Source: Bugula neritina
Lineage: Eukaryota > Animalia > Bryozoa
Direction: 5' to 3'
NCBI GenBank assembly: GCA_964035545.1
Contig: OZ037772.1
Location: 11,158,818 to 11,222,817, forward strand
Length of the DNA stretch: 64,000 nt
This document shows positions 28,401 to 40,700 of the stretch, piece by piece. Both the position numbers and the translations under genes were made by a program. The notes under the pieces are model-generated. The model made no database searches and had not been told where the DNA came from. It was given only the letters and a program-made list of their open reading frames with translations. Position 1 is the stretch's first letter. Each line of letters opens with the position of its first letter.

Positions 28401-29335
28401 AAGTTAAGATGTCCTGCCACAAAAATGGTAGTATTTAAGAGTAAATTAATATTAATATAAACAATAAGCTGCATTGTTTAAAATGCATATAGGGATAAAC
28501 AACGAAATATGCAGCATTTCAAGTGTAGAAATACATTTGCTTACATACCATAGGGTTGATCAGGATAACAGGTGCTCTGAGACACTCCTCTACTAGACAT
28601 ATTTCGACATTCTCTGACAGGTAGCGAATCATCATAATAGTAGAAAGGTTGACAGGTGGCAACACCAGACAGGTGCATGTCTCTACAATAAATAGACCGA
28701 GAATATCTCATTTATAAACTGCTGTATTCTCCTGTTAATATAGCATTATCTATACATGTCTAACTGAAAGTGGACAACTTGGGTTATAGAAATTTGATTG
28801 AGTATTACTTTAACCGAATAGAAAGATCTGGAAGATGCAATATATATTGAATATGAGTTTGGCATGTAATCAAACTTGATTTGCATATGAACTGTTTTCT
28901 TTGGTAGTAGAGAACAAAATATTATAATCAAAATTTTTGAAAAAACACAAATTTCAAGAGATATGAATGAACTGACGATGTCGGTGGTTTGCTGATGTCT
29001 CGGGTTTGGGGTTCTGCGAGCTGATTAGCTTTAAAATGGTGCTTTGACTTTCCTGAATTTGGACGACTTCTGTGAGTGTGTCTGGAAACACCAGCTTTTC
29101 TTTTTTCTATAGAAAACAACTATATATATATACAAATGTTATAAAATTGCAAAAAGTGAAACAATTTTTTCCAACAACAAAAACTGATTGCTCTTTGCAC
29201 AGACCCACCCGAGCAGCGAGTCTCTGTGTTTTCCAGCAACTCAGCACTCATTATATCCATGTTATAAATAGAAAGATTAGCCAAAGATTCATCTCCATCC
29301 TCCATTTTGCTGAGTGCTGATGATAACCTTGACAT
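19427..29335 (-). CDS. Uncharacterised ~1035-aa protein, mostly low-complexity/disordered, with a coiled-coil segment, an internal 10-aa repeat and an RVxF motif
   Basis: 19 phase-consistent exons (plus-strand coordinates): 29209-29335, 28977-29106, 28549-28682, 28080-28371, 26792-26917, 26202-26333, 25566-26091, 24918-25080, 24421-24601, 23973-24136, 23407-23497, 22969-23057, 21942-22366, 21448-21582, 20894-20998, 20510-20601, 20236-20310, 19738-19812, 19427-19472 (3108 nt). C-terminus ...KSTLDRSLLPPTRQPVETCQQEI...GLLSSPEKWLKAEYKKLREAQKQVKRCEMRLREDKLKAGC*. Family not recognised. Confidence 0.8.
23805..23955. repeat. ~14/28-bp array (GTGACAGTTGCTA...) just inside the donor of exon 23973-24136
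   Basis: Read directly. Confidence 0.8.
25710..25995 (-). repeat. Coding 30-bp tandem repeat encoding (V/M)AEVTGDSQV-like 10-mers (~9 units)
   Basis: Seen in the 25461..26165 ORF translation and in the DNA periodicity. Confidence 0.9.
26698..26797 (-). repeat. GT...AG minisatellite (GTGAGATGAGTGTGTACTCAG, 15-21 nt, 5 units) starting at the donor
   Basis: Reverse complement read directly; the exon ends CTCAG like each unit. Confidence 0.9.
27235..28075. repeat. 19-bp minisatellite GACTTGGTTATTAAGTACT (~43 copies) starting a few nt inside the donor of exon 28080-28371
   Basis: Read directly. Confidence 0.95.
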
Positions 29336-30513
29336 GCTGTGTGATTTTCAACTCCCTCTTTCTTTTTTGTCTACAAACTATTAAACGTTATTGTATGTTA
29401 AATAAAAATCCATATCCCAGCTGGAGCACTTTGAAACACAAAATAAAAATGAAAATTATATATTTGAAAAAATTTATAACGGGCTAAATCAAAAACTAAA
29501 GCATGAAAAATTAGCAATTATATTTTTCAAGGTAACTATTACTATAAACATCAACCTTAGTACGATTATAAGATTGTTTTCAAGTATTTAATAGCATTGT
29601 GATTGTGATTCTTGTTTACAATCAGTATCTATAATTCACCAAGCGAACGCCAACTAATGGACTCGTTAAGAATATTTATCCATCACTACGAGTAAGTAGT
29701 TTGAACTCTAGAATGATTTGTTAGAAATAATAGTGATACGTCTCGAAAAACACTCTGTGGCGTCAATTGCGCTGAGCTTAATTTCTTAATGAAACGGATG
29801 ATCTGATTGCTGTAATTCAGGTGCACTGGCTAATAAGGGAATGCTGCAGTCGCCATCGGGTGGCAGCAAGTGCCTCCGTTTTGCTAATGTTCAGCGCACT
29901 GTGTGGATTGCCGTTCATCTTTCAACTTTTGTGGCTTTTAACCTGTTTTGAAAATTTAAAAAGTGAGTTGGCTTAATTTTCATAACCCTGATAATAGATA
30001 GTTTTTCAGCAATACAATGATTCCTCTAGTCAGCAATAACTAACCGAGTATAAAATGTGAATATCTAACTTTAGTTTTTCGGGATTTTACTGTAACGATC
30101 TGTGAAAAGGAATTCCCAAATGAAAATGGTTTATAATAATAGTCACATGTGATCAGTGATGGAAGTTTAATTTCTATAAATTCTAATAACTCAAAGCAAA
30201 AATTAGCTCTTGCTTTACAGAAATTACTGAAACTTGGCAGTGACCACAATCATAAGGTCTAAATTGATAATGATTTAAATTATGAATATCAATGTCGTAT
30301 CAGTATCACTATCAAATCAATATGAATATGAATCTCATAATCATAATGATAATGATAAATTAATCATTTAATGGTACTGGGAATCACAATCAATGTCATG
30401 ATGGTACACCTAAACTTTGAAATCGATAGTCGTTTAATTGTAAATTTAATTTAAGTCATAAAATTAAATAGTTATTATAATTATTAATATATTTAAGCTA
30501 GTAGTAGTAGTAG

Positions 30514-30558
<45 letters not shown>

Positions 30559-30940
30559 GGAGGGCTAATAGTAATACTAGTAGTAGACTAGTAGTACTAC
30601 TGCTAGTAGTGCAATCAATCTGAACCAATTAAGTTGATTCATTTACGTTCATAATCACAATAGTAACTAAACTCACTTGGTAGTGCCAGTGGTATTTATA
30701 TCTATAATTGAAATTGAATCGATTATGATTATTCATGATATTCATTATTCAATGTATACTTATAGACATTAAACATAGTGACAGTCATAGTAATAATACT
30801 ATACTAGTACCACTTTATGTTGAAAACTCTCAAGTTCCATCAATTTACTCTAAAAGTTAGGAAACATCAAAAACCAAAGAGTGCTTGTTGTAGTTGCTGC
30901 TGAGCTGTTATGGTAATCACTGTTCAGTAAAGACCAGTTA

Positions 30941-33900
30941 ATGGCGCAGTGTGAGTCGAAGCTGAAGGAGTTTGAGGGTTTACTCTCTGTCCTTGACCCT
31001 TTGGAGGCGTCTCATGCTATACTGAGTTATAAAGATGTTGTCAAGATGTTGCGGCAGGTAAATGCGTGAACCTTCAACCCTGTGTCTAATGAAGAAATTC
31101 TTAAATATATTTTGAGCTTGTAGCATTTGCATCATACCGTATAGTCTTTGCATTTGAGTGCATACTCTGTGTATCAGGTGAACAGTTTTGTGTCTGCGTG
31201 TATAACATTCAAGTTGCTAGTTATTTATAAAAAAATTGTCCTCTTGATAATGTCCTGTTACATATATTTTGAATTTTTGATGGTTCCTTGACCTATAAAA
31301 TGACCAAGTTTTTCTAAAAAGTTCTATTTCTTGTTCAGAAAGCGTTTTTTGGCAATTTCAATCTTTTATCTTGCAGTTTTATTTCTGTTATTTGAATTCT
31401 CAATTTTTCATTTTATAGCAACTGTCTTTACTAAAAGAAGATAACTGTTCACTAAACGCAGGTTGGTTACCTTCAGCTACTGTTTCTTTACCCTGACATG
31501 TGTTGATGAATCGACACTACATTTAGCAATTTTAATGTCAAAAATACCTACTATAAAAAGTTCCTAAGAATGAGTTTTTTGTAGTTAGTGGTTTGCATGT
31601 GATTCTTATGAAAATCGCTCTATTTAATGTCTATAAATATAAATGTGTTTAGTTAGAGTTATCTCATCTTGTAATTGCTTAGCCTGTGTTCCCGTTTAGT
31701 TGTATACAAGTGTACCTGGCAAGAGTGTACCTATGGCTCCATCACAGAGGCCGAGCTTATATGTCACAGTAAAACTCATACCAACCCTTTGAGTTGTGGT
31801 ACTTGTGATTTTATCTCCCCCACACAAGATCAGTTAGCCGCACACGTCACTTATCACACCTGTAAGTAAATGTACTAGTGCTGCGCAGGTATAGAGACAG
31901 TCTAATTGAATACCGGCTCAGCACTACACATTGTGTAATAGCAACTAGCCAGTCATGCGTAGTGAACAGTTTTTAAAAGTTTTTAGCAATGTAGTTAAAA
32001 TTAAAATATGCAAAGTTTTGGAAAGATTTTAATGTTGACTTTTTATACAACTAAATTTTATGAAATAACACACTAGCTGGTTCCTTACATAATATTACCC
32101 TTAAAAACTTGCATTTACTTGTACATGTGTAAATAATGTGCTGGTTTTGAGTATAAAGTAGTTTCTGACTCTAAAACTGAAAACTTTTTTATAAGCTAGC
32201 TGCTGGGGTTACCACAAAGGATTGAAATTTGAAGATTGTGATAATAATTAGATTATCACTTTGAGAACTAGTTGTCAATAGATATGAAATGCAAGCAAAT
32301 ACAAGATCATTATCCTACAATGTAGACCTATAAATCTGTAAACCTATACCCTCTGTAATGTAATATTTGCTATTTGATATCATAGTCTAGTAGTTAGAGC
32401 ACTGGCTTAGATCGTGGGTTTGAAACCCGGCAGGGTTATTGGTGGTGTCAGGAAGAGCATCCAATCATAATTGCTTCTGTACTATAGCATACATATTCCT
32501 TGACCAATCTAGAAAATTCCTTACACTCAGACGTTGAGATGGAGTACTTATACACGAGGTCTTTATGAAAAGAGATATTATTATGTTTAAGGTGAACTAC
32601 CTCACTCGTGTGCTCGCTGTCCATTTATTACATCATCACGTCTGCTGCTAACTCAACACATGCAACTCATACACGACGCAACGTACTCTCATAATTGCCC
32701 TCTCTGTGGCCTTCATACCAATAGAGGAAGTGATATCATGGATCTGCACAATAAAGTTAAACATTTCTCGTGTGAATTTTCTGCTAGCGGTGAACCTATT
32801 ATTTCTCCAGCTACCACGGGTCATAACTCGGGTCCCCGTAAACGATCACTGAAAAGTAAATCGAAGGCTAAGAAACTGGTAAGACGTTTATTTAGTTGAC
32901 ATTTTACTTTCATACAGAAACATGGCTTTAGACTGATTTGGAGGCTGTGGTTTACAATACCTTTTCAATTGATTATAAAAATTAAAAAATGTAAAAACAA
33001 AAGCGATTTTGTTTAGGAAAGCTAGATAGTGCACTGAAATGTTGCTAGATATGCCATATTATTATAAAACCATTTGATGATTATCTGTTGTAATTGATAA
33101 GCATTGATCAAATGTCACCTGATGCTTTGCAGTCGTCCAATCAGAAGAGAACACATAAAGGCAGGGTGTCCCAATTTGATGGAGTTGAAGCCAAGCAGGA
33201 GCCGTTGGAGCTAGTTGAGACTCCAAGGAGCGGAGGAAGGAAGGGGTACACTCACCTCCTCGGTACGCTACTTTTACCCCCTTGTATTGGCTGGTTAATA
33301 TAGCAATATATTATGTTGTTGCTTCAAAAAAATGTAGGCTGCATAGCCAAGGGTTCTTAATATGGGCAAGTATGGCTGGGTTTTTTTTCATGACTAATAG
33401 CCCTTCTGGGGTTTGGTTCATCAGTCTAGACAAATTGTGCTTTGCAGTACCTTTTACTTTTAAGCACTTCAACAATGCTTTATGTGTGCAAAGTAACAAT
33501 TCAGTATATATTCTGTATTCACAGGTGAAAGTGAGGCAAATGAGAAGACAAATCTGAAAGAAGCTCCGTGGTGGGACACTCGTACTCATGTTCTACCCCC
33601 TCCCTCCCCAGCTAACACTGTCCCCGGTACTCTCAGTCTATCTATTATATACCTTATGCCATGATATTCTCATAACACTAGTCATATGTTCAATATCTTT
33701 GCTACTCTTTCAGAAGTGAGTAAAGGGGGAGACGACCAACAAATTCAGTGCACAGTGTGCGGGGAATACTACCAGCAAAGTAGCAGCTCTGTAAGTCTTG
33801 GTCTAGAATTTTCTGTGTGTTTTCTAGAACCAACCTTACTTAGCTAAAAATATCTAACATGTAGCTGCTGTGGCACTGCCATGTTGTGTGGGGCTGACTT

Positions 33901-35243
33901 GTGCACTCTAGCGAATCACAGCTCACTTTGAGCTGCTCTATGTTGTGTTGCTTTAGTGGTGTAATGGTTAGTGTGCCTGCTTGTAAGCTGGAGGCCCCGG
34001 GTTCGAATCCCGGTGGGGTCAAAAAATTTTGCACATGCAAACCATGTTGGGTTATTAAACAGGAAGTTGATGTTGTTCCGCAGAGTCACGAGTGTAGAGT
34101 GGTGAAACAGGAAGTGAGTTCGAACCCGTGGAACTGCTCTCTCTGCTCGTTTTCAGCGAATCAGAAGAAACATCTGCTGAAGCACTGCGTGGAAGAGCAC
34201 AGTCGGTCGTGGAGCTCTTTGGTGGTGAAGTTACGCGGAGAAATGAAGAGTTTGGCGTATACTTGTCAACACATTGAGGAATATATATCACTCAGGTAAT
34301 ATAGTAGTAATATATATACCACTCAGGTAGTATAATATAGTAGTAATATATTCCACTAAGGTAATATAATATAGTAGTAATATATACCACTCAGGTAATA
34401 TAATGTATAGTAGTAATATATACCACTCTGGTAATATAATGTAGTAGTAATAAATACCAAAATGGTAATATATGGTAGTAATATATACTTCTCTGTAATA
34501 TTCAGCAATAATATATGGCAGTGCTATGTTTTATGTATAACCCTAAGATAGAATATAGTAATGTGTTATATACCACTACATTATTCCGAAGGTGCATACA
34601 TCATACATATATTAGCGAGCGTCCTTGTATTTCTCCATGGAGAATATGGTTCGTGAGATGGTTCATGAAATAAGTACAACTTGTAGTTACAAGGAGACGG
34701 CGTGTAATATCTACGTCTGCTATGAGAACGCAACTCCTCCCACACCTTCGGCTGTCACAGTCTACAGGTGTACAAAGTGCTACAAGTGTTTCAGCTCTTT
34801 AGACTTGGAGGCAGGACATAGGCTGTTGGATCACTGCAACGACCCGGGCTCTTCACATGACAAGGTTGGATACTCTAAGACCTAAGGCTTCTGAAAGAAA
34901 TTCTGTTCACAGAGTCGTTGCTTTTTATACGCACTCGGTGATATGCTAGTTGTATACTATATTTTCTATTCTGTTTGTAAGTTTATTGATTGATAATTTT
35001 TAACCGAAGAGTGTTTAGAATGACTTCCTATTTATATACTCACACTGATGACGTTGTGTATGTCAACAGCTTCTGTTACAGTTTGGCTGTAACGTCTGCA
35101 AGGCAGAGTTTGACAACAGGGAGGATATGACATCACATTATCTCAGAAATCACACCGTCATAAACTCCCGGAATTCAAATGAGAATGTTGTGTAAGTAGT
35201 AGCAGTAGCGGTAGTGGTCGTGGTAGTAGTAATGGTGGCAGTG

Positions 35244-35274
<31 letters not shown>

Positions 35275-37405
35275 TAGCAGTAGTAGTATTAGCAGTAGCA
35301 GTAGTGGTAGTGGTAGTAGTAATGGTGGCAGTGGTAGTACTAGTAGTAGTAGTAGCAGTAGCAGTAGTAGTAGTGGTAGTAGCAGTAGCAGTAGTAGTTG
35401 TTGTGGTATCAAGGTTAAAAGTAGTAAAATAAGTAGTTGCTGTAGTTTGCGTTTGCATCATCTCACAAGTTTTTAGTGGTTAAAGTAGCACCACATTACT
35501 AGTATCAGCGCTAGAAATTTACACAGTATCATAGCACTAGTAGCTGCACCAGCTGTACTGATAGTTACCAGTTACTCTGCTTGTTACAGGGATAACTCCA
35601 ACACCCTGACTCCTGGTAGCAGTACGTCTGCACTAGCTGCCTCTACTGAGGACAGCAGGCAGTTCACCGAGGACGCGCTGTTGATGGTGGAGGCGATGCA
35701 GAAAGTTGGCGCGAATAACCTCACGTCTCTCTCCGGTAAAGTAGCTGATGTCATTTCCTGTCTATCATATTAAGCTAACTTCAGTATCGTATAATAATAC
35801 ATTATTTCAAAGTGCAGCTGTGGAAATGGTTTTTGTCAGTTCAGTCCAGTTTGGAGGTTTAAATAATCAGATTAGTCATTGTTCCAGCAGCAATCAAGTT
35901 GTTGTAAAATCGTATATCGTATAGCATATATATGTACAGGATACTCTACATATGTGTGCAGTTTGCTCTACAAGTGTGTACAGTGTATTCTACAAATATA
36001 TACAGTGTATTCTATAAGTATGTACAGTATACTCTAACAATATATATGTATAATATTTATAACAATGTATACAGTATACTCCATAACTATATATAGTACA
36101 TTCTTCGTGTATATACAGTATATACACTGTACTTTACAAACATATACAGTATACTATACTAATATATACACATCTTCTATCCACCACTATGCTTAGGGGA
36201 AAGCTCCGCCCACATGATTCAGGCTAAGATAGTTGCTGACTTTGACCTGTGCTGCCAGGGGTGTGACTTCTACGCTGACCACACCTCCAAGTAAGTGTGT
36301 CCAATCACTCTACTCACTTTAAAAGAGCAGAGTAAACGCAGCATAGGGGGGGGGGGGGGTGTAGATTGATAAGTTGAATGCTGTTGAGTTATTCTACTGT
36401 TGTTATGGTTATAGATAAGCTGTATTTATATTGCTGGGTCAGCTTCTTATAGTATTTTATATCTACTGACTTTATATATATTATTATCTGCTTGCTTTAT
36501 ATATATTATATACACTCAGTTTGTATATGGGTCATTTTACTTAATTTAGTACACACTCGAAATCTTCAGTTTTTAGCTATTTTTCACAATTTAGCTGGTA
36601 TTGAGCATGGTTTTTTGACCAAAACTAGTTAAGCACCAATAAATACACCTAAATAATCAAAGTTCTTTTTAATTTTGTTTCATTTCCCACGTTTTTCCCT
36701 AATTATTCAGCTAGTTTTGGTTACGGACCGTTACGGTTTTTTCGTAACGGTCCGTGCATATAGATTATTAAGTGCATATGACAATGACCTGTGCTTTAAT
36801 GTTGGGGAATCCCCTCCCAGCCTTTGCTGTTATGCGTAATTAAAACCAGCACATAAAAATACCATGTATAGTAAATTTCAATGGATTTGGAGCAAACTTT
36901 AATGTTAGGTCATAATTTGCTGGTGTGTACTAAATGAAGTAAACTGACCCATATATTATTGTAATTAATTTCTATTCAAACAACAATCGTAACTAATATT
37001 ACATGTAGCTGTCATGAATAGGCCTGGGCTACCCCTGCCTTGATGAATGGGAGGGCAGCTAGTTCAGATAGCTATTAGGTATTAGGTGCTACTAGCTATC
37101 ATTTGTAAAGTCAGCAGTCCATGCCTAGCAGTTGAGTTGACCAGCTGTAGATTTAGATAGGAGATTATAACGTATATTTATAAATGAGTTAGTAATATAA
37201 AGGAATTACAAAGGTACAAACACTTGTTTGAGCTGTTGAACCTTTTTTCTATATATTTATAGTCACACGTCATGTTATCAAAGTTTCTGTAATTCTTATA
37301 TGTTATGATATTTTACTGTTGAACAAATGTTTTTATTATGTGATATTATTTTGTTATATTATGTTGTTGAATGGATGATTATGTGATTTCAGATATATCT
37401 ACTTG

Positions 37406-37462
<57 letters not shown>

Positions 37463-37691
37463 TAATGAACGATAAAATTTGATTTAAAACACTTTATTAC
37501 TACTAGTTTCATGTGCATAGAATGTACACAATCTTCAGATAAAATGTTAAGATGTAATCGTAACAAGAATAAAAACATACTATATATATATAGTAGTAAT
37601 AAAGTGTTTTAAATCAAATTTTATCGTTCATTACTTTTATTTACTCTGCTCTGCACTGCATTGAGCTCTCTTTAGTGGTAAACTATACACC

Positions 37692-37772
<81 letters not shown>

Positions 37773-40700
37773 TATATCTACTTACTTACTGATATTGTAG
37801 ATATTTTGAGCACGTGCTGTCTGACCATCTAACTACTCTACCAGACATCAACTCAGTACAGGTTAGTCATCCACTGGACTATCTATCTTATCACTGTTAG
37901 CTACTCTTATTGGTTGGTTGTATAAGCAGACGTCTGGTGCTGAAGATGTAAATTACTTGTAAAATATATTTAAAATGCTTTTCTACCAAGGACATTATGC
38001 AATACTTTTATCCTGGTTAAGTTTTTCAATAAAATTAAAACTCATGACTCAATGGAGCGCTTAGTAGATTTTCTGTCAATTCCATATAGGAATACCTACT
38101 TACTTTATGTATATTATATCTACGCTATCAGGTGGACACATGTTAGAAGCTTATATACGGGAATTCCCCAGAACCTTCTGGAAACTTCTAGAACGTTGTG
38201 CTGATTAACATGGCCGCTGTAATGTATACATGTTATAGACTCAACAGGACAATTCCCTGATATCAGCAGAGATGGCTACTCTGTACGGCTGTAACTTCTG
38301 CGACTCTATCTGTACCAGTATCTCCAGTATCAGAGTTCATATGAGTCATCATTCAGGTATCACCTGTTACCAGATGCTGCGGAGGCAGCGTGATGTCATA
38401 TTCTACTCCTCATTGTTATTATTGTTATAATATTTTGGTGCGTTGTGTGATGGTATTGCTGGAATGGTGTGACAATATGGTGCTGACTTGTAATGTATTA
38501 CATGTCGATTTATTTGGTACAACTACTGAGAATATAAACTGATAATAACACTGTGGGATCTAGCAACTAACTCACTACACAAGTGAATATATAGATGCTG
38601 ACTATGATGATAATAAGGAAATGCATGATTAACATAAATCTACTATTTATAGCTATTAGCTATAGTAAGACATAAACTCTAGTTGACATTATAACAATTA
38701 CAACTACCTCCATTTTTACTTGTGCCAGGTCGAAAGTCTGCAGTGCAGAATAGAGCTAGTCAGCAAACCAAAGAGGGTAGCAATAGTACGATAGAGGAGG
38801 CTAATGAAGACACCCTTAAACTGCTGTGTCAGGCTTGTGGTTTCCAGGCTACGACTAAGGCGTCTCTCCGAAACCACGTGTTGACACACAAGAATGATTT
38901 GAACAGGTATACGAAAGTTGTACTCGAAAGATTCTGATGTCATGAGTATTGGTTTGTCTCGTAGTTATCTTTAAGTTTATGGAGGGAACTTGGCCGCTGG
39001 TTAAACGTTTTTGTAAGAAAAATTAGGGAAATTTTGGTCATGTTGCATTAATTTCATTTCTGAAACTTTTATACTTCTTTTCTTGTTTTGTGTGTTGCTC
39101 ATTTACACTAGACTATCAACACCGTGTATATTGTGTTCTATCAACTCAGCACTGTGTATCATGTATTGTTATACTGTAGGTTCCAGTGTACACAGTGTAG
39201 TTTCAGCTGTCCTTATCCTAGCGGTCTTGAAACACACATGAGAGCACACACTGGATACAAGCCATTCATCTGTAGTATGTGCGGTAGGTACTCTGTAGTG
39301 TATGTAGCTAGTACTGTATACTCTGTAGTAGTTACTGTATACTCTGTAGCAGTTACTGTATACTCCGTAGTAGTAATTAGTATTGTATACTCTGTAGCAG
39401 TTACTGTATACTCTGTAGCAGTTACTGTATACTTTGTAGCAGTTACTGTATACTCTGTAGCAGTTACTGTATACTCTGTAGCAGTTACTGTATAATATAC
39501 TCTGTTAACAGGGAAGTGCTTCATAACGGGCAGTGAACTGAGGAAACATGAACGCCGCCACACTGCGCCTGTAGAAAGGAAGTACTCGTGTGAAATCTGC
39601 AGCAAATCTTACACAACTCTCCAGCACCTGGAGGTGCACATGAGACGGCATACAGGTGAGTTACCTTCATCGTGTTATGTCAGAATGACTTTATCTAGTA
39701 ACACTGGTTATTGGGTGTGTCTGTTTTTCTCTAACAAAATGTTGCATCTTGGCTATGACTCATTTCATTTTATCACTAGATTTTGGCCTTTCAAAATAGA
39801 TGTTAAAAAGCTTTTCGTAGCAAATACTATTACAGAACATAAGTTTGAGGTGTTACAAACATGTTTATTCTCTTGTATAGAATTGTTTTCAGTGTACCGG
39901 CTAAGCCCTAACTTCTATAGAACCTAAGCTACAATTCTGCTCCAGTTTCTTATATATAGCCTGTGGTTACATACCCCCCTCTGTCACCCCCAGATTGTAA
40001 CACTATCTGAGTCTACTGTACTATTATAGCTTTGTTGTTATGTTATGCAAGCTTTTGAGAGAAAAAGCCCTGTAAAGCTTTCGGATGAAAAGCTAATGCT
40101 TTATGTACAAGCTGTTGTTCACTCTTTCTTGCCTACTCCACCTAGTAACATGTGCTGTGCTCAGTAAAGCTCATTCACACATCTACCTGACAGGTGAGAG
40201 GCCATTCAAGTGCTCTCAGTGTCCTTTCGCTGCCACATCCAAGTCAGTGCTGCTGAATCATCAGACGGTACATACGGGAGAGAAGAACTACAGCTGTCAT
40301 CTCTGTTCCTTCACGTGCGCTAGCAGTGGTGAGATAATACTATACCTATATTTACTGCTAGCTGTATTGAGACTATACTACTCCTATATATACTATAAAA
40401 ATTTTTTGACTACACCGGGGTTGGGGACTGCACTTCATCTGGGCCACTAGTTGCTATTACTAATTCAATTGCAAGGCTATAATGACTCAGCTTGACTCAG
40501 CTATATAGCTGGCTACCTTTGGCTATATAGCTGGCTACTGCTAGCTATTAAGCTGTCACAACACAGAATAGCTGTTATTTTAAGCTATATATATATAGCA
40601 AGCAGATGACAAATACCATCAGTATCCTACTAGGCATAGACCCACAAGGTAGCTATTTTGTATTACATTATATTACTAACTCTATATTCGAGTTTTCTGT

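Noticed and set aside
33950-34021. Functional tRNA gene
   Set aside because: Acceptor and anticodon stems do not pair properly; treated as a pseudogene or repeat.
35150-35461. Poly-Thr, poly-Val and poly-Leu ORFs
   Set aside because: Trinucleotide repeat in an intron.
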